DNA of 64,000 nt, taken from NCBI RefSeq assembly GCF_000143415.4, contig NW_003314306.1, positions 714,897 through 778,896 on the forward strand, given 5' to 3'. This document shows positions 47,701 to 60,177 of this stretch, piece after piece (position 1 is the stretch's first letter; each line of letters opens with the position of its first letter). Below the pieces are notes generated by a model, which worked only from the letters and a program-made list of their open reading frames with translations, had not been told where the DNA came from and made no database searches. Source of the stretch: Selaginella moellendorffii (taxonomy: Eukaryota; Plantae; Lycopodiophyta). A program made the position numbers and the translations under genes.

Positions 47701-50700
47701 TGCTCGAAAACCATTCCGTTTTCGTAAGCCAATACAAACTAGTGAAGAGGTTGGAGTTGACTTCGGTTGGCTTAGATTTTAATAGGTAGTTTGTATGATG
47801 TGGCCCGAAAGGGATGCTAACTTTTGGGGCTAAGGCAATTGAGTTGGATAGAGTCTGGAGTTGGTGTAGAAAAGTGGCCGTTGCACTTTTCTAAGAAGGG
47901 TGACCCTTGTGCCTTTCTTCTGTAGCATTATGCTTGGTGGCAGGTTGCACTTTGCATTTCATTAAGACTCTACGAGAGTAGTGAGCTCTCACTGATCTTG
48001 ACTTGGTCTTGGTGGCCCTGCACCTTGGTTGAGGATGGTGATGTCCAACTTAGTTGTTTGAGGTTGAGATGTTGGTACCCGTACTATAGCTTTATCTATG
48101 AGGAGGTTTTGTACCAATATGAGTCCATCTCGTGGTCTTCACTTTAGTTTCGGCTAAGTGTTGATCATGCACAGCTAACCTCTTCAAGGCATGCTCAGAG
48201 CTATTGACTAGACGTATTGGTGAGCTTATTGCGGTTGAGTTGGATTCGAGTGGTCATTTAGTTTGTGCTTGTCCATGAACTTTTATCTCATGTTTGAGGT
48301 ATTATGTTTATGCTAGATAAGTATATAACTTGATGACAAGAGTTGGTGTTTAGGTCTTGTGAAGGCAAGTTGAGGAGTGAGTATTAGTTGCTTTGCGACT
48401 AGTGATTGCTTGTTGACTTCGTCAAGGACTGTTGACACTTTCTTTGCTCGATGATGATTCAGCAGTGATGGGCTTGCTTTATCAAATGGTGTTGCGGAGG
48501 ATCGTGTCGTTAGACTTACATGAGTTTTTCATGTTGATATATCGACTCTACCTCTGTCGATATCATTGGGTTACATCTAGTCCGTAGTGTTGGATTTCAT
48601 TGAGTCTTGGACGTGGTGATTCACTCTTTGATGATGTGTTATCTGTCACTGAGTTTTGCTAAAGGATTGGTCTCGGTTACTAATTAAAGTATCTTCGACC
48701 TTGGTTAGCTTGGTTGCTGGAAAGCTCCGAGTGGTGATTCACTCATGCTTTCTTCTAGCTTTGTTTTGGTGTTGATGGCATTGAAGTGATGCTTTGTCAT
48801 TGACATTGTTGATATTGAGATTTGAGTGAAATGAGATATCCTTCCAAGGATTGATATTGAGTTTCATTAGTCTTGATGAATATAGTGTTGATGATTTGGC
48901 TATAGCTTTGTGTTGTTGGCATTCGTGCATTTGCTAGTTAGCAACTGTGTTGACGTTCAAACGAACTGAGTGGCAAGTTGAGTTAGTTGTGTTCTAGACG
49001 AGATTATTTAGTAGAGGGTTGAGCTTTAGCTTTTCCTTGAAAAGTGATTTAGTCGTGGACTATGCTAACTCTACGAGAAGAAGAGTTAGTGATCGATATT
49101 AGAATGTTGAGTCCTTGCTGGATTTGAGTTCGGAATATAGCAATCATTAATGATTCTTTTTGAGCTTGTTATGAAGTGAGTTACGTCTTGCTATAGATGG
49201 ATTCATGGAGGATCGTTTGATGATCACTTGTTAAGCATAGCTTCGTTATACTTAGCTTTTGGATTGATGCAGAAATGCTCTTCATTAGCTTTGGCATTAT
49301 GAAGTTTGGCTTATGGATGTGTTGAGGAAGATATTGTGGGTTGCACCATGATTTCTTCTTTAGCATTGAAGTTATCTTCTATGAGACTCGTGATCATTAT
49401 TAGGCAAGACTTAGTTATAGGCTTCTTCGAGCTTTTGGTTCTTGAGTTTTGTGCTCATTGTTCCATTGGTTTGAAGTTGTTGGGGAAGGCATTTTGGCTC
49501 ATTAGCTTTAATGTTGAAGTTGGCTTTTGCATCTAGCAATCATTGGTGATGATTGACTATCATCTAGGAAAGTTGATTATCCTTGTCGAAGGTTTTGCTT
49601 GATTATCATTGATCTAAAATGATTTGCCATTGTTCGGGATGGTGGATTCTTTCTTCAATGACGATTATGCATCTCTTTATTGATGGGATGATTGATGATC
49701 TTTCATGATAGTTAGTTGTTCTCTTTGATGGCTTATGGCTTTTTGCAAAACCACATGTTCTTTGTGGTTTGCTCTGGATTGGTCTCTTGGGTTTGAGACA
49801 TCAGTAGGATGTTGCTAACTCTTGCTTGAGCAACTCTGGTTCCTTGGTATTGTTGATTGAGATCTATTCAGATTTGCTAGTGCAATAGTTAATATGACCA
49901 AGTGTTTGTTTGCTTTGCAACATTCATTTTGATCTGTTGATTATTGCTCAAGTTAGTTCTCATAGATTCGGATGTTATGGCCTTCGGGTGAAACATTCGC
50001 GAGCATTGTGCTTGTTACTCAATAATACTTTGTGTTCTTTGAGTTGTGTTTTGTGAGTTGTTTGGCATGCTATCTGCCATTTTCGGTAGTTCAGTTTTAT
50101 CATTGAGTTTCCTTGATGATCTATTTGCTATTGAATTTTGTTGGATGGTGATTCCTATGTTTACCAATTATAATGAGCTTGGTGGTTACTATACTATAAT
50201 ACTAGTTTATCGGATGATAACTTATTTGGAATACATTTGTGTTCTCATCTAAGCTTTATTCACTGATAATTACATCTCTAAGATATCATTGTTTATGACT
50301 TTGATATAGTCCATATATATTGATCTTTGAGTTTGGGCCAGTATAGGCAGACTGGCTTCGGCACTTCATGTGCATGGTGAAATCTCTAGTCATGGGGTAG
50401 CTACTGTCGACTGGTCACATAACCCGCCTCTCTGTCGATGTTCCTTATTCCGTGAAAGGGTGTGACCATGTAAACAACTCTAAACTGCCTGTTGACAGTA
50501 GTCTATCTAAACCTTACCGACGGGTTTGGTTTCTTTGCTCAGGAGGGTTGGGGCCTCTGGCTTCTCTCTCTATGTTCCTGCGGGCAGGGCATATCACACT
50601 TTTGTAGCTGGGTGACACCCAGAGCAGCAAGGGTGGTTGACTCCGTTGGTCATTTCCTTGTCGGCGACGGCCGGGAGGTGTCTGAGCTGGTAGCGCATCC

Positions 50701-52005
50701 GCGTTAGACAAAGAGGTTGCCTCCTAACTCATTTAAGTTGGTGCATTTCTCACATAGTGTGAATACCGTAAACTTTTTCTGGAGTTGTTTCCTTGGCGGT
50801 ATTCTAGACTCGAGTATGCATCGACGAGGATGTCGATCTTCCCAAGGGGGGGAGAGTGTCGCGCATGTGACTTCGGGTATCGAAAGTTACCTGTCGGCTA
50901 GTCCTTACGGACACTCTTACCTTACTGCCACGATGGCAGGAGGTCGGTATTGCTGGACCCGTTATCAATTTCCGCCTAAGCTAGTTGAGAAACTGGTCAT
51001 CACATGTGCACTTAGACCGGAAGGGCACTAAGGAAGGAAATCCTAAGTTGTCATTTAGTCAAGCAGACTTGACACGGTGATGAGAAACTCATGATGTTGG
51101 CTTGCACTTGCTAGTGTTAGGAACCCCCGCGATATTGAGATTGGTCCCTCAATATTCGCTAGATGATAGCTTACCGTGTCTGCCAAACACCCTCGCTATC
51201 ATGCCCTTTGTGTTAGTCTCATTTCGGTCCCAAATGCTATTTATGGAAAGTGTCCAGATTTGCTCATTTGGCATATCTACGGAATGTAGAGATCGGCTTG
51301 AACACAATGGTGTTCGTCCCATGTCCAAATTCGCAATCTAAGGACATTCCATATTTAGTAAGTTTCGAGCTTGTCCCAGAGACTAACTCCTGATACTAAG
51401 GGAGGCTTGGGGTGAAAGCCCAAAGCGTGTGTTCCTCAAGGGGGGGGGCTGTGGGGGGTTCCAAATGTATAGTAGGGATAGTGGGTAGGTCGAGCATGGC
51501 CAACCAACCTGAGGCATAGTCTAGCTCCCGCTTGCGTGCCTGTCCTTGTTCTGCGTCCGGCTTGGGTCTAAGCCCAAGTTCCATTCCATGCTAGTTGGTG
51601 GAGTACCCATATCCTCACGTTAGGCCACCGGTATGCCGAAATAGCGCCAAACTCCGTTTGGATCCGTTTTGTGTGCTGGTCCTGGCATTGGGATGCTGGT
51701 TGCTCCAGGACTGTTCCAAGTCGCTCCGGGCCCTTGTCCCTTCGCTCCTTGGGCTGTATGCTCGGGAGTTGCTCCGTGGTTCAGTTCCATCACTCCTTGG
51801 CTCCATGCTTGGGAGTTTGGCACCGTTCCTTTGTTCAGTGGCCCAAGGCCCTGAACCTCGGGTTCCTATGGACACGTGGCATGGACACGTGGTATGTGAC
51901 ACGTGGCATCTGTCACATGGCACAAAGAGGGTTTAGGTTCCGCTTCGTGGTGGTATCCTATGGTAAATCGCCATAGGATAAAGGGTCAAAACCACGTGCG
52001 CTACA
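44720..52005 (+). mobile_element. Non-autonomous (LARD-like) LTR retroelement, family B, full length
   Basis: LTRs 44720-45870 and 50857-52005 (TGTCGCG...GCTACA, near-identical); PBS TGGTATCAGAGC at 45873-45884; PPT AAGGGGGGGAGAG at 50844-50856; 5-kb internal region without long ORFs. Confidence 0.93.
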
Positions 52006-55000
52006 GTTCCCAAAGACAATTCTAAGTAACATAGTACCTAGAAAGCCAAGTGTAAACAGTTCATAAAATGCGCGAAATTAGAGTGGCGTAGCAAAAGCGT
52101 GGTCTTGAAGCTTGCCATAAGGCAATGCTATCAAGGTTGGGGAAGTAGTTCCTGAGTGTTCAAAGGGATGACTTTGAACGAAAGTCGATGGTCAAGGACT
52201 TTCACACTTATGCATTGTCGCGAATGTGACTTCTGGTATTGAAAGTTACCTGTCGGCTAGTCCTTATGGACACTCTTACCTTACTGCCACGATGGCAAGA
52301 GGTCGGTATTGCTGGACCCGTTATCAGTCTCCGCCTAAGCTAGTTGAGAAACTAGTCATCACATGTGCACTTAGACCGAAAGGGCACTAAGGAAGGAGAT
52401 CCTAAGTTATCATTTAGTCAAGCAGACTTGACACGGTGATAAGAAACTCATGATGTTGGCTTGCACTTGCTAGTGTTGGGAACCCCCGCGATATTGAGCT
52501 TGGTCCCTCAATATCGCTAGATGATAACTTACCGTGTCTGCCAAACACCCTCGCTATCATGCCCTTTGTGTTAGTTTCATTTAGGTCCCAAATACTATTT
52601 ATAGAAAGTGTCTAAATTTGCTCATTTGGCATATCTACGGAATGTAGAGATTGGCCTGAACACAATGGTGTTCGTCCCGTGTCCAAATTCACATTCTAGC
52701 GCTATTCCATATTTAGTAAGTTTCAAGCTTATCCTAGAGACTAACTCCTGATACTAAGGGAGGGAGGCTTGGGGTGAAAGCCCAAAGCGTGTGTTCCTCA
52801 AGGGGGGGGGGGGGGGGTTCCAAATGTATAGTAGGGATAGTGGGTAGGTCGGGCATGGCCGACCAACCTGAGGCATAGTCTAGCTCCCGCTTGCGTGCCT
52901 GTCCTTGTTCTGCGTCCGGCTTGGGCCTAAGCCCAAGCTCCACACCATCCATACTAGCTGGTGGAGTACCCATATCCTCACGTTAGGCCACTAGTATGCT
53001 AAAATAGCGCCAAACTCCGTTTGGCTCTATTTTGCATGCTGGTCCTGGCATTAGGATGCTGGTTACTCTAGGACTGTTCCAAGTTGCTCCAGGGTTCTGT
53101 CCCTTCGCTCCTTGGGCTGAATACTCAGGAGTTGCTCCATGGTTCGGTTCTATCACTCCTTGGTTCCACGCTTGGGATTTTGGCACCGTTCCTTCGTTCA
53201 GTGGCCCAAGGCCCTGAACCTTGGGTTCTGCACCACTGTCCTTTGGACACGTGGCATGTGTCACGTGGCATAAAGAGGGTTTAGATTCCTCTTCGCGGTG
53301 TTATCCTATGGTAAACCACCATAGGATAAAGGGTAAAATCCATATGTGCTACATTTGGTATCAGAGGGAGGTTCTCAGCGAGTATTATTCAATGAGATTG
53401 GGCAACTAGTCTCGTTGCATACGCAGAGATGAAAACAATGATGAGCTTGCTCTTGGGCTCATAGGAAGGATTGAGTTGTTCCAGTAGCACGAGTTTGCAC
53501 TTGGGCTCGTAAGTGAAGCCCATTAGTAACTCAAGGTTACACTTTGAGTTGGCAGGATTAATGTTAGCCTATCGGTGGTTCCATGAGTTGTTCCATGTAC
53601 CATAGGTGAAAGTAACCTTTCCCTGGGTTTGCTATGAGTGGCAATAGGCTGGTCCGTAGCTATTTAGCACAGCACTAGTGGATCCTTCCTAGGCATGATT
53701 ACAGGTGAATCAATCAAGACTGTAGGGATAAATCTGTTGGTTCAAGTAGTCATTGCCGTGCTCTTTTATAAACTTTTCTTCGATTGGACTAAAGGCGGTG
53801 CGAAAGCAAGCTTGAGGTTTAGTCAAAGATGAGACTGAAAAGAGAGTCGTCAGGGACGAAGGATCAAATACGTAAATTATTTTCTCTTCTCGAAGAGATG
53901 ATTCGCAACGAGGTGTGACTCATTACCCATGTTCACATTATGTAATCAAGAGTCCTTACCTTAATGCATGTTGATTATGATGGTCTTACAAGTGGTGAGT
54001 TATGGGATGGATAGCGGTGAAGTGCTATACCATTTTGTCTAAGCTTGCTATTGAAGACTTGGATTGCAATGCTCAATTCTTTTTCGGGGAACCTTGCTAT
54101 TGCTCCTTGAGTAGCTTGGTGTTGGATTAGTGTTGAGTTTGGTTAGAGAGAGAGTGGCATGAGCTTGTTCGTGTTGTGAACAAAAGTTAGTGGTGTCGGG
54201 TGTTGTAAATCTCTATCAGTGGGGTGTGGCATTTATGTTGCATTTTGTCGAATCGAGTTGACATTTGGTATTCACATAAACCTTTGAAGTAATGACATGG
54301 GCATTGCTCATTGTGATACTTATATCATATCCGTGTGATAATAAGTAATGTGTTTACGAAGTTGCTTGGTTAAATGATGATCAACCCCAAAGTGGTTGAT
54401 GGAGAAACTAGTCTACTTGCACGAAGTAGCATTGAGGTAGCTTTAACTGGATTCTTGGAGATGGTCCATTATGCTAAGCTTAAGTTGGTACTTTATTCCT
54501 TGGGTTTGCCCATAAGGTGTTAGAAAGGGTTGTAGCATTCATTTGCTATAGCTTGTCGGTAGATTCATTAGCATTTGGAGTAGATTGTTGGATAGAGAAG
54601 ATGTGTAGTTGGGGCATTGACATCACTAACACTTGTGTTAGTGGAGGTGGCATTGTTATTTCAAGAGATGAGGAATTTTCCTTGGACTTTGATTTTCTAT
54701 GTTATTTTTCTTGTTAGTGTTTTGGCTTCACATTGGATCTTGAAGGTGATTGAAAAAAAGTGTTAGTGCAATGTGGATATCCAAAGATGTGCTCTTCGTG
54801 ATCAAGCCTTGGATGTTCATTTTGCACTTTGCGGATGTTGGTGTTGGATATCGATTAGATGGGCAAAGATATTTGATGCTTAAGCATATTGTTGGATCAT
54901 AAAAATTTGTGTTAAGGTGAACCTATGTGAAGTTGTTTATAGAAGGAAGTTGGTTGAGTCTTGAAATTTTGCAATTCTAGACTGAGAGTCATTCTTTTTT

Positions 55001-56077
55001 TAGGATGGAAATTTTCCACAAATTTTCTTAGACTTTTCCAATGGTTGATCTGTTGGTCACTTTGCTCGAAAACCATTCCGTTTTCGTAAACTAATACAAA
55101 CTAGTGAAGGGGTTGGAGTAGACTTCAATTAGCTTAAACCTTAATAAATGTTTGTATAATGCGACCCAAAAGGGATGCTGACTTTTGGGGCTAAGGCAAT
55201 TAAGTTGGATAAAGTCTGGAGTTAGTATAGAAAAGTGGCTATTGCACTTTTCTAAGAAGGGTGACTTTTGTGCTTTTCTTTTGTAGCATTATGCTCGGTG
55301 GCAGGTTGTACCTTGCATTTTGTTAAGACTCTATGAGAATAGTGAGCTCTCACTGATCTTGACTTGGTCTTGGTGGCCCTGTGCCTTGGCTAAGGAGGGT
55401 GATGTCCAATTTAGTTGTTTGAGGTTGAGATGTTGGTACCTATGCTATAGCTTTGTTTATAAGGAGGTTATGTACCGATATGAGTCCATCTCGTGGTCTT
55501 CACTTTAGTTTCGACTGAGTGTTGATCGCATAGCTAGCTTCTTCAAGACATGCTCAGAGCTAATAGCTAAATGTTTTAGTGAGTTTATTGCGGTTGAGTT
55601 GGATTCGAGTAGTCATTTAGTTTGTGCTTGTCCATGAACCTTTATCTCGTGCCTGAGGTATTACATTCATGTTGGACAAGTATAAGACTCAATGGCAAGA
55701 GTTTAGTGTTTGGGCCTTGTGAAGGCAAGTTGAAAAGTGATTGTTGGTTGATTTGCAACTAGTGATTACTTGTAGACTTCATCAAGGACTTTTAACACTT
55801 GCTTCATTCGATGATGATTTAGCAGTGATGGACTTGCTTTACCAGATGGTGTTGCAGAGGATTGTGTCGTTAGACATACATGGGTTTTCCATATTGGCAT
55901 GTCGACTCTACCTCTTGATATCATTTGGTTGCATTTAGTTTGTGGTGTTGGATTTCATTGAGTCTTGGATGTGGTGAATCACTCCTTGATGATGTGTTAT
56001 CTGTAGCTGAGTGTTGTTGAAAGATTAGTCTCGAATACTGAGTAAAGTATCTTTGACTCTAGTTAGCTTAGTTGCTA

Positions 56078-56399
56078 TCTTGACACTCTACCCCTCGGGT
56101 CGAGCCCAGCGGGAGTAAACTGGACCAGCCAAATGTCAATCAACATGTGGTGTGATTCCCTTAGCCAACTAATAGAGTCGGACCTGAGACCCCTCTGATA
56201 CCAAATGTAAAGTCCTGAGTTTGGACTTCCCGAGAGGTCACCTAGCCCAGTACTATTCAAACCCAAGGACGCTTAACCCCAAATATCCCAAGACCCTTAA
56301 CCGATTGGAAAAGGGGGTGCACTCTTGTTCATGGGCCCTTTCCCTCTATATTTGAACCCTATGGATCGTCTCTCAAGTCGTTCCCTTTGGTTGCTTACA
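56078..56399 (-). mobile_element. Cassandra-like TRIM: one 194-bp LTR (56206-56399), PBS, ~110-bp internal region, PPT; second LTR truncated
   Basis: Minus strand reads TGTAAG...TTTACA, then TT-TGGTATCAGAG (PBS), then AGGGGTAGAG (PPT). The LTR contains a 5S rRNA-like segment. This block is absent from the sister element at ~48715-48730. Confidence 0.88.
56223..56277 (-). other. 5S rRNA-derived internal Pol III promoter segment inside the TRIM LTR (not a full 5S gene)
   Basis: GTTAAGCGTCCTTGGGTTTGAATAGTACTGGGCTAGGTGACCTCTCGGGAAGTCC aligns without gaps to plant 5S GTTAAGCGTGCTTGGGCGAGAGTAGTACTAGGATGGGTGACCTCCTGGGAAGTCC (recalled sequence; about 10 mismatches in 55). Confidence 0.88.
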
Positions 56400-58030
56400 T
56401 GGTGATTCACTTTTGTTTTCTTCTAGCTTTGTTATGGTGTTGATGGCATTAAAGTGATGCCTTGTCTTTAACATTGTTGATGTTGAGATTCGAGTGAGAT
56501 GAGATGTCTTTCTATAAGATTGATATTGAGTTTCATTAATCTCGATGAAGATAGTGTTGATGATTTGGCTATGGCTTTGTGCTATTGGCATTTCGTGCAT
56601 TGCTAATTAGCAATTATGTTAATGTTCAAACGAACTAAGTGGCAAGTTTGAGTTAGTTGTGTTCTAGACGAGATTATTTAGTAGAGAGTTGAGCTTTAGC
56701 TTTTCCTTGGAAAGTGATTTAGTCGTGGACAATGCTACCTCTCTGAGAGGAAAAGTTAGTGATTGGTATTGAAGTGATTGAATCCTTGTTAGATTTCAGT
56801 TGGGATATATCGATCATTTGATGATTCTTTTTACGCTTGTTATGATATGAGTTACATTTTGCTATAGATGGATTTATAGAGGATTGATTAAATGATCACT
56901 TATTGGGCATAGCTCCATTGTGTTTAACTTTTGGATTGATGCAGAAATGCTCTTCATTAGCTTTGGCATTATGAAGTTTGGCTTATGGATGTGTTAAGGA
57001 AGATATTATAGGTTGCACCATGATTTCTTCTTTAGCATTGAAGTTAACTTCTATAAGACTTGTGATCATTAGTAGGCAAAACTTGGTTATAAGCTTCTTC
57101 GAGCTTTTGGTTCCTTGAGTTTTGTGCTCATAGTTCCATTTATTAGAAGTTGTTAAGGAAAGCATTTTGGCTTGTTAGCTTCAATGTTGAAGTTAGTATG
57201 TGCATCTAGCAATCATTGGTGATGATTAACTATCATTAAAGCTTTATTTCGTTAAAGTGGGATTTATTCAGTAAAATGGGACTAGGTACAAATTTTCAAG
57301 TATTTGAAAATGACATGAAATTATATGTTTTTTGTCCAGGGGCTAGACATATCTGGGGCATGGTGACTAGTGCGGTGACTTTGTGTCCAGACTGAGTCCA
57401 TCTGGTTGTATAATAAATCTCATTGTCAAGGTGAACAAGCCGAATCTGAAGCTAAAGAAGAGCGATGGCATGCGCGCACACACTATTTGTTTGTTCATTG
57501 AGCGTGTGGTGAGCTTTCCAAGATGAACGTCATTCCTATTAGCCAGACATATAACTTAATGGTGAGAACATTTAGATATTATTCAATGTTATCTTTTTCT
57601 AACGCATCTAATTGTGAAGGTGTAGCAAGAAGCATTGCTAGTCTGGAGAAGTCATTTAACTCATTTGACCCTTAGTGTATTTTCATGAAACTAAATAACA
57701 TTCATATTATTAAGGAATTTCTCTAGTACCTTTTTTTTACGACATAGAGGCTTGCATTTCTTTCAAAGGTGATTTAGTAAAAGGCCTGAGGGCACATGCC
57801 ATTCTATTTCTCAGACCGGTATTAAGATATACTAGTGCAAAGGGAAAAAGGTATTTGGTGATCAAGTAAATAGCATGAGGGCACACGCCATTATAAGCCT
57901 AAGCGCTAGTGGACACCTCCTTTTTGGTGTCACGCCTCACGCCATCACGCCATGCCATCACGCCTCCTCTGATTCAGATTCAGATTGTTCACCTTGAAAT
58001 AAAATACATTAGAAACTTAGTAAAGGAATA

Positions 58031-60177
58031 TTAATGAATCTCACCTTGAACCTGGGTTATGAATGCTCTTGCTGCATCTCTTGCATGGTCTGGCAAGGTG
58101 ATGGTGGCACTCTACTTCCGCATCCAACCATGCACAACATTATCCACCGATATGCTCATGCTGGGATCCTTTGGATTCAGCACCCATCTCTTTTCTAGGC
58201 AATCCTTCGTATATCCGGAACTTGGCTTGAACCACTCCACAATTACATTGAAGGAGTTAGTTTCCGTGTCCTCCTCTACATCAGTGATGCAGCGCCCCAC
58301 CTATATCATTTGTTTTTTATTACTGGGTCTAACAAGCACGACCATTCCTTTGCAGACCTGTACTGGATTGAATGCTAAATCCGGCTTCTTGTTCCTCGGC
58401 CCACAATAGTGATCCTCAACATCGTTATCTGTCACTGCATTTCCAAAGGACATTGTTCCGCTACTATCTGGTGCTCTGGGTTCTGGCCAAAAGGACTCTT
58501 CCAATTCTTCATATACAACCGGCCCATTTTGGATAGCAGATATAATCTTCTCCTTGTATTCGAGCAAAGGCTTGCACCTTTTAAAATAGGATTCTCCACC
58601 AAACACCAACCCCCTCTTCCAGAAGGCAATATGCTGTCTAATCCCGGCCACTATACTTTTCTGGTCTTTGAGTCCATTCGGGTGCATCGGCCGTGGGGAA
58701 CTCTGAGGAATCATAGGTTCCCCAGTTATGGGATCTCTCTTGAAGAGTTCAATGCCATCCACTGGCAGCCACACTGTGTCCCATTCTCTCATCTTGTACC
58801 TCATCACTGGAGCACCGTCACGCATGCTGAAATGAAACTGAAGAGGCTTGGAGTGGCCAATCAGCATTTCGGATCCGTCCCTGATGTAGCCTCTTACAAA
58901 CCCCTTAAAGTCTGGAACCTCTGTCACAAGTGCAGCTTCAACAATGCCTTTGATGCAATTTTGGAATTCATCGTAGAGTTGTGGGAGGGTGAGGACATTG
59001 GATCGCCGGAGGGACTCTGCCAGGTGACTAAACATGGCATCGACGTCTTCATGAGTGTGCCCAACCATGAGAAAGCTAAGTGTAACCGTTTCAAATATGC
59101 CTTTGGCAACAAGCATCGCCAAGTACGCAAAGACGTACATGTTTTTGTTCTCACTGCCAGCATTGTTTGTTTGGAGCAGAAGATGGGGTGGAAGGCCACA
59201 TCGGCCGCAAGAACTTCCTTGAGATTCTGCTTCGTTTGGATGAGGCTGTGCATTCACCGGGCGACCAGCCTCGTCGGAATGGCATGAGGCCTCACGTGAT
59301 AACCCTACAATCTGACGGCCAACATATTCACTAGGATGGCATGGGGCCCCACGCGATACTGCAAGCCTTTGCTCCTCCTCCAGCTGAACCCTGTATGGGG
59401 TTCGATCGACAAAGGCCTTATGCAAGGGTTGGCCGTTCAGCTCAGTCTGCGCACTTTGCAGAGACCTTAAGTGTTTTGCTAGGGACGCAATCATCATGTT
59501 TGCACCCCCGCCACCCCATAGAGGTACAAAGAAGTTCCCATAGTTCTGGGCACCATGCCCATGAGCGATTATGCCAAACAGAGACACAGGCAGCTGCATA
59601 GATGAAGAGATTGCCTTGGGGGCAGGATTGAGTCGAGGTAAGCACGTCTTTTTCTGGTCCATTTTGTCGTGGATGATGCAGAGGTAAGAGTCAGGTCTCT
59701 CTATGGAGAGAATCCTGTTATGATAATATGCAGTCCTGCAGCTTCTCTGCTCGATGTTGTGGTCGAGCTGCCTTCTAACCAACGTCTCTCACTCTTGAGC
59801 GCTGCAAGAATTCTTCGACAAAGCCATTTTGATAGCAGTGCACTCGTCACACTTTGAAAAGCTGGAGTACTTTCCTATACTCACATCCCTGAACCTGTTG
59901 CTCCACAATCTACTAAATCTAGATTGGCTCAGCTTCCTGTAGCCATTACTCTGGAGTTCCCGATTCACATCTTCCAATATGGCCCCCTTGGTATACATGG
60001 AAGGGAGAACTCGTTGGGTGTCTCGTGTTCCATCTTCCAAGAGGCGGGTTTTATGTGGTTGCTGTTCGCTACATGTCTCGACAAACCTCTTGAAGATTGC
60101 CTCTCCATATACAACATGACCCCTGGTTTTGTGCGTACCGTCGTTCCCATGGACTGCCTGTTGAACCCTTTGTTCCT
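58031..60177 (-). pseudogene. 5'-truncated transposase of copy 2 (stops at 59789 and 58301)
   Basis: Near-identical to 37175-39319. Confidence 0.88.

Larger units (their letters stand above)
52216..57238 (+). mobile_element. Second, more diverged family-B element (5' LTR 52216-53353, PBS, internal region), interrupted by a TRIM and by the DNA transposon
   Basis: LTR and internal sequence are colinear with 44720-49563; PBS TGGTATCAGAG at 53356. Confidence 0.9.

Noticed and set aside
56223-56277. Functional 5S rRNA gene
   Set aside because: Only the internal ~55 nt are present, embedded in an LTR.
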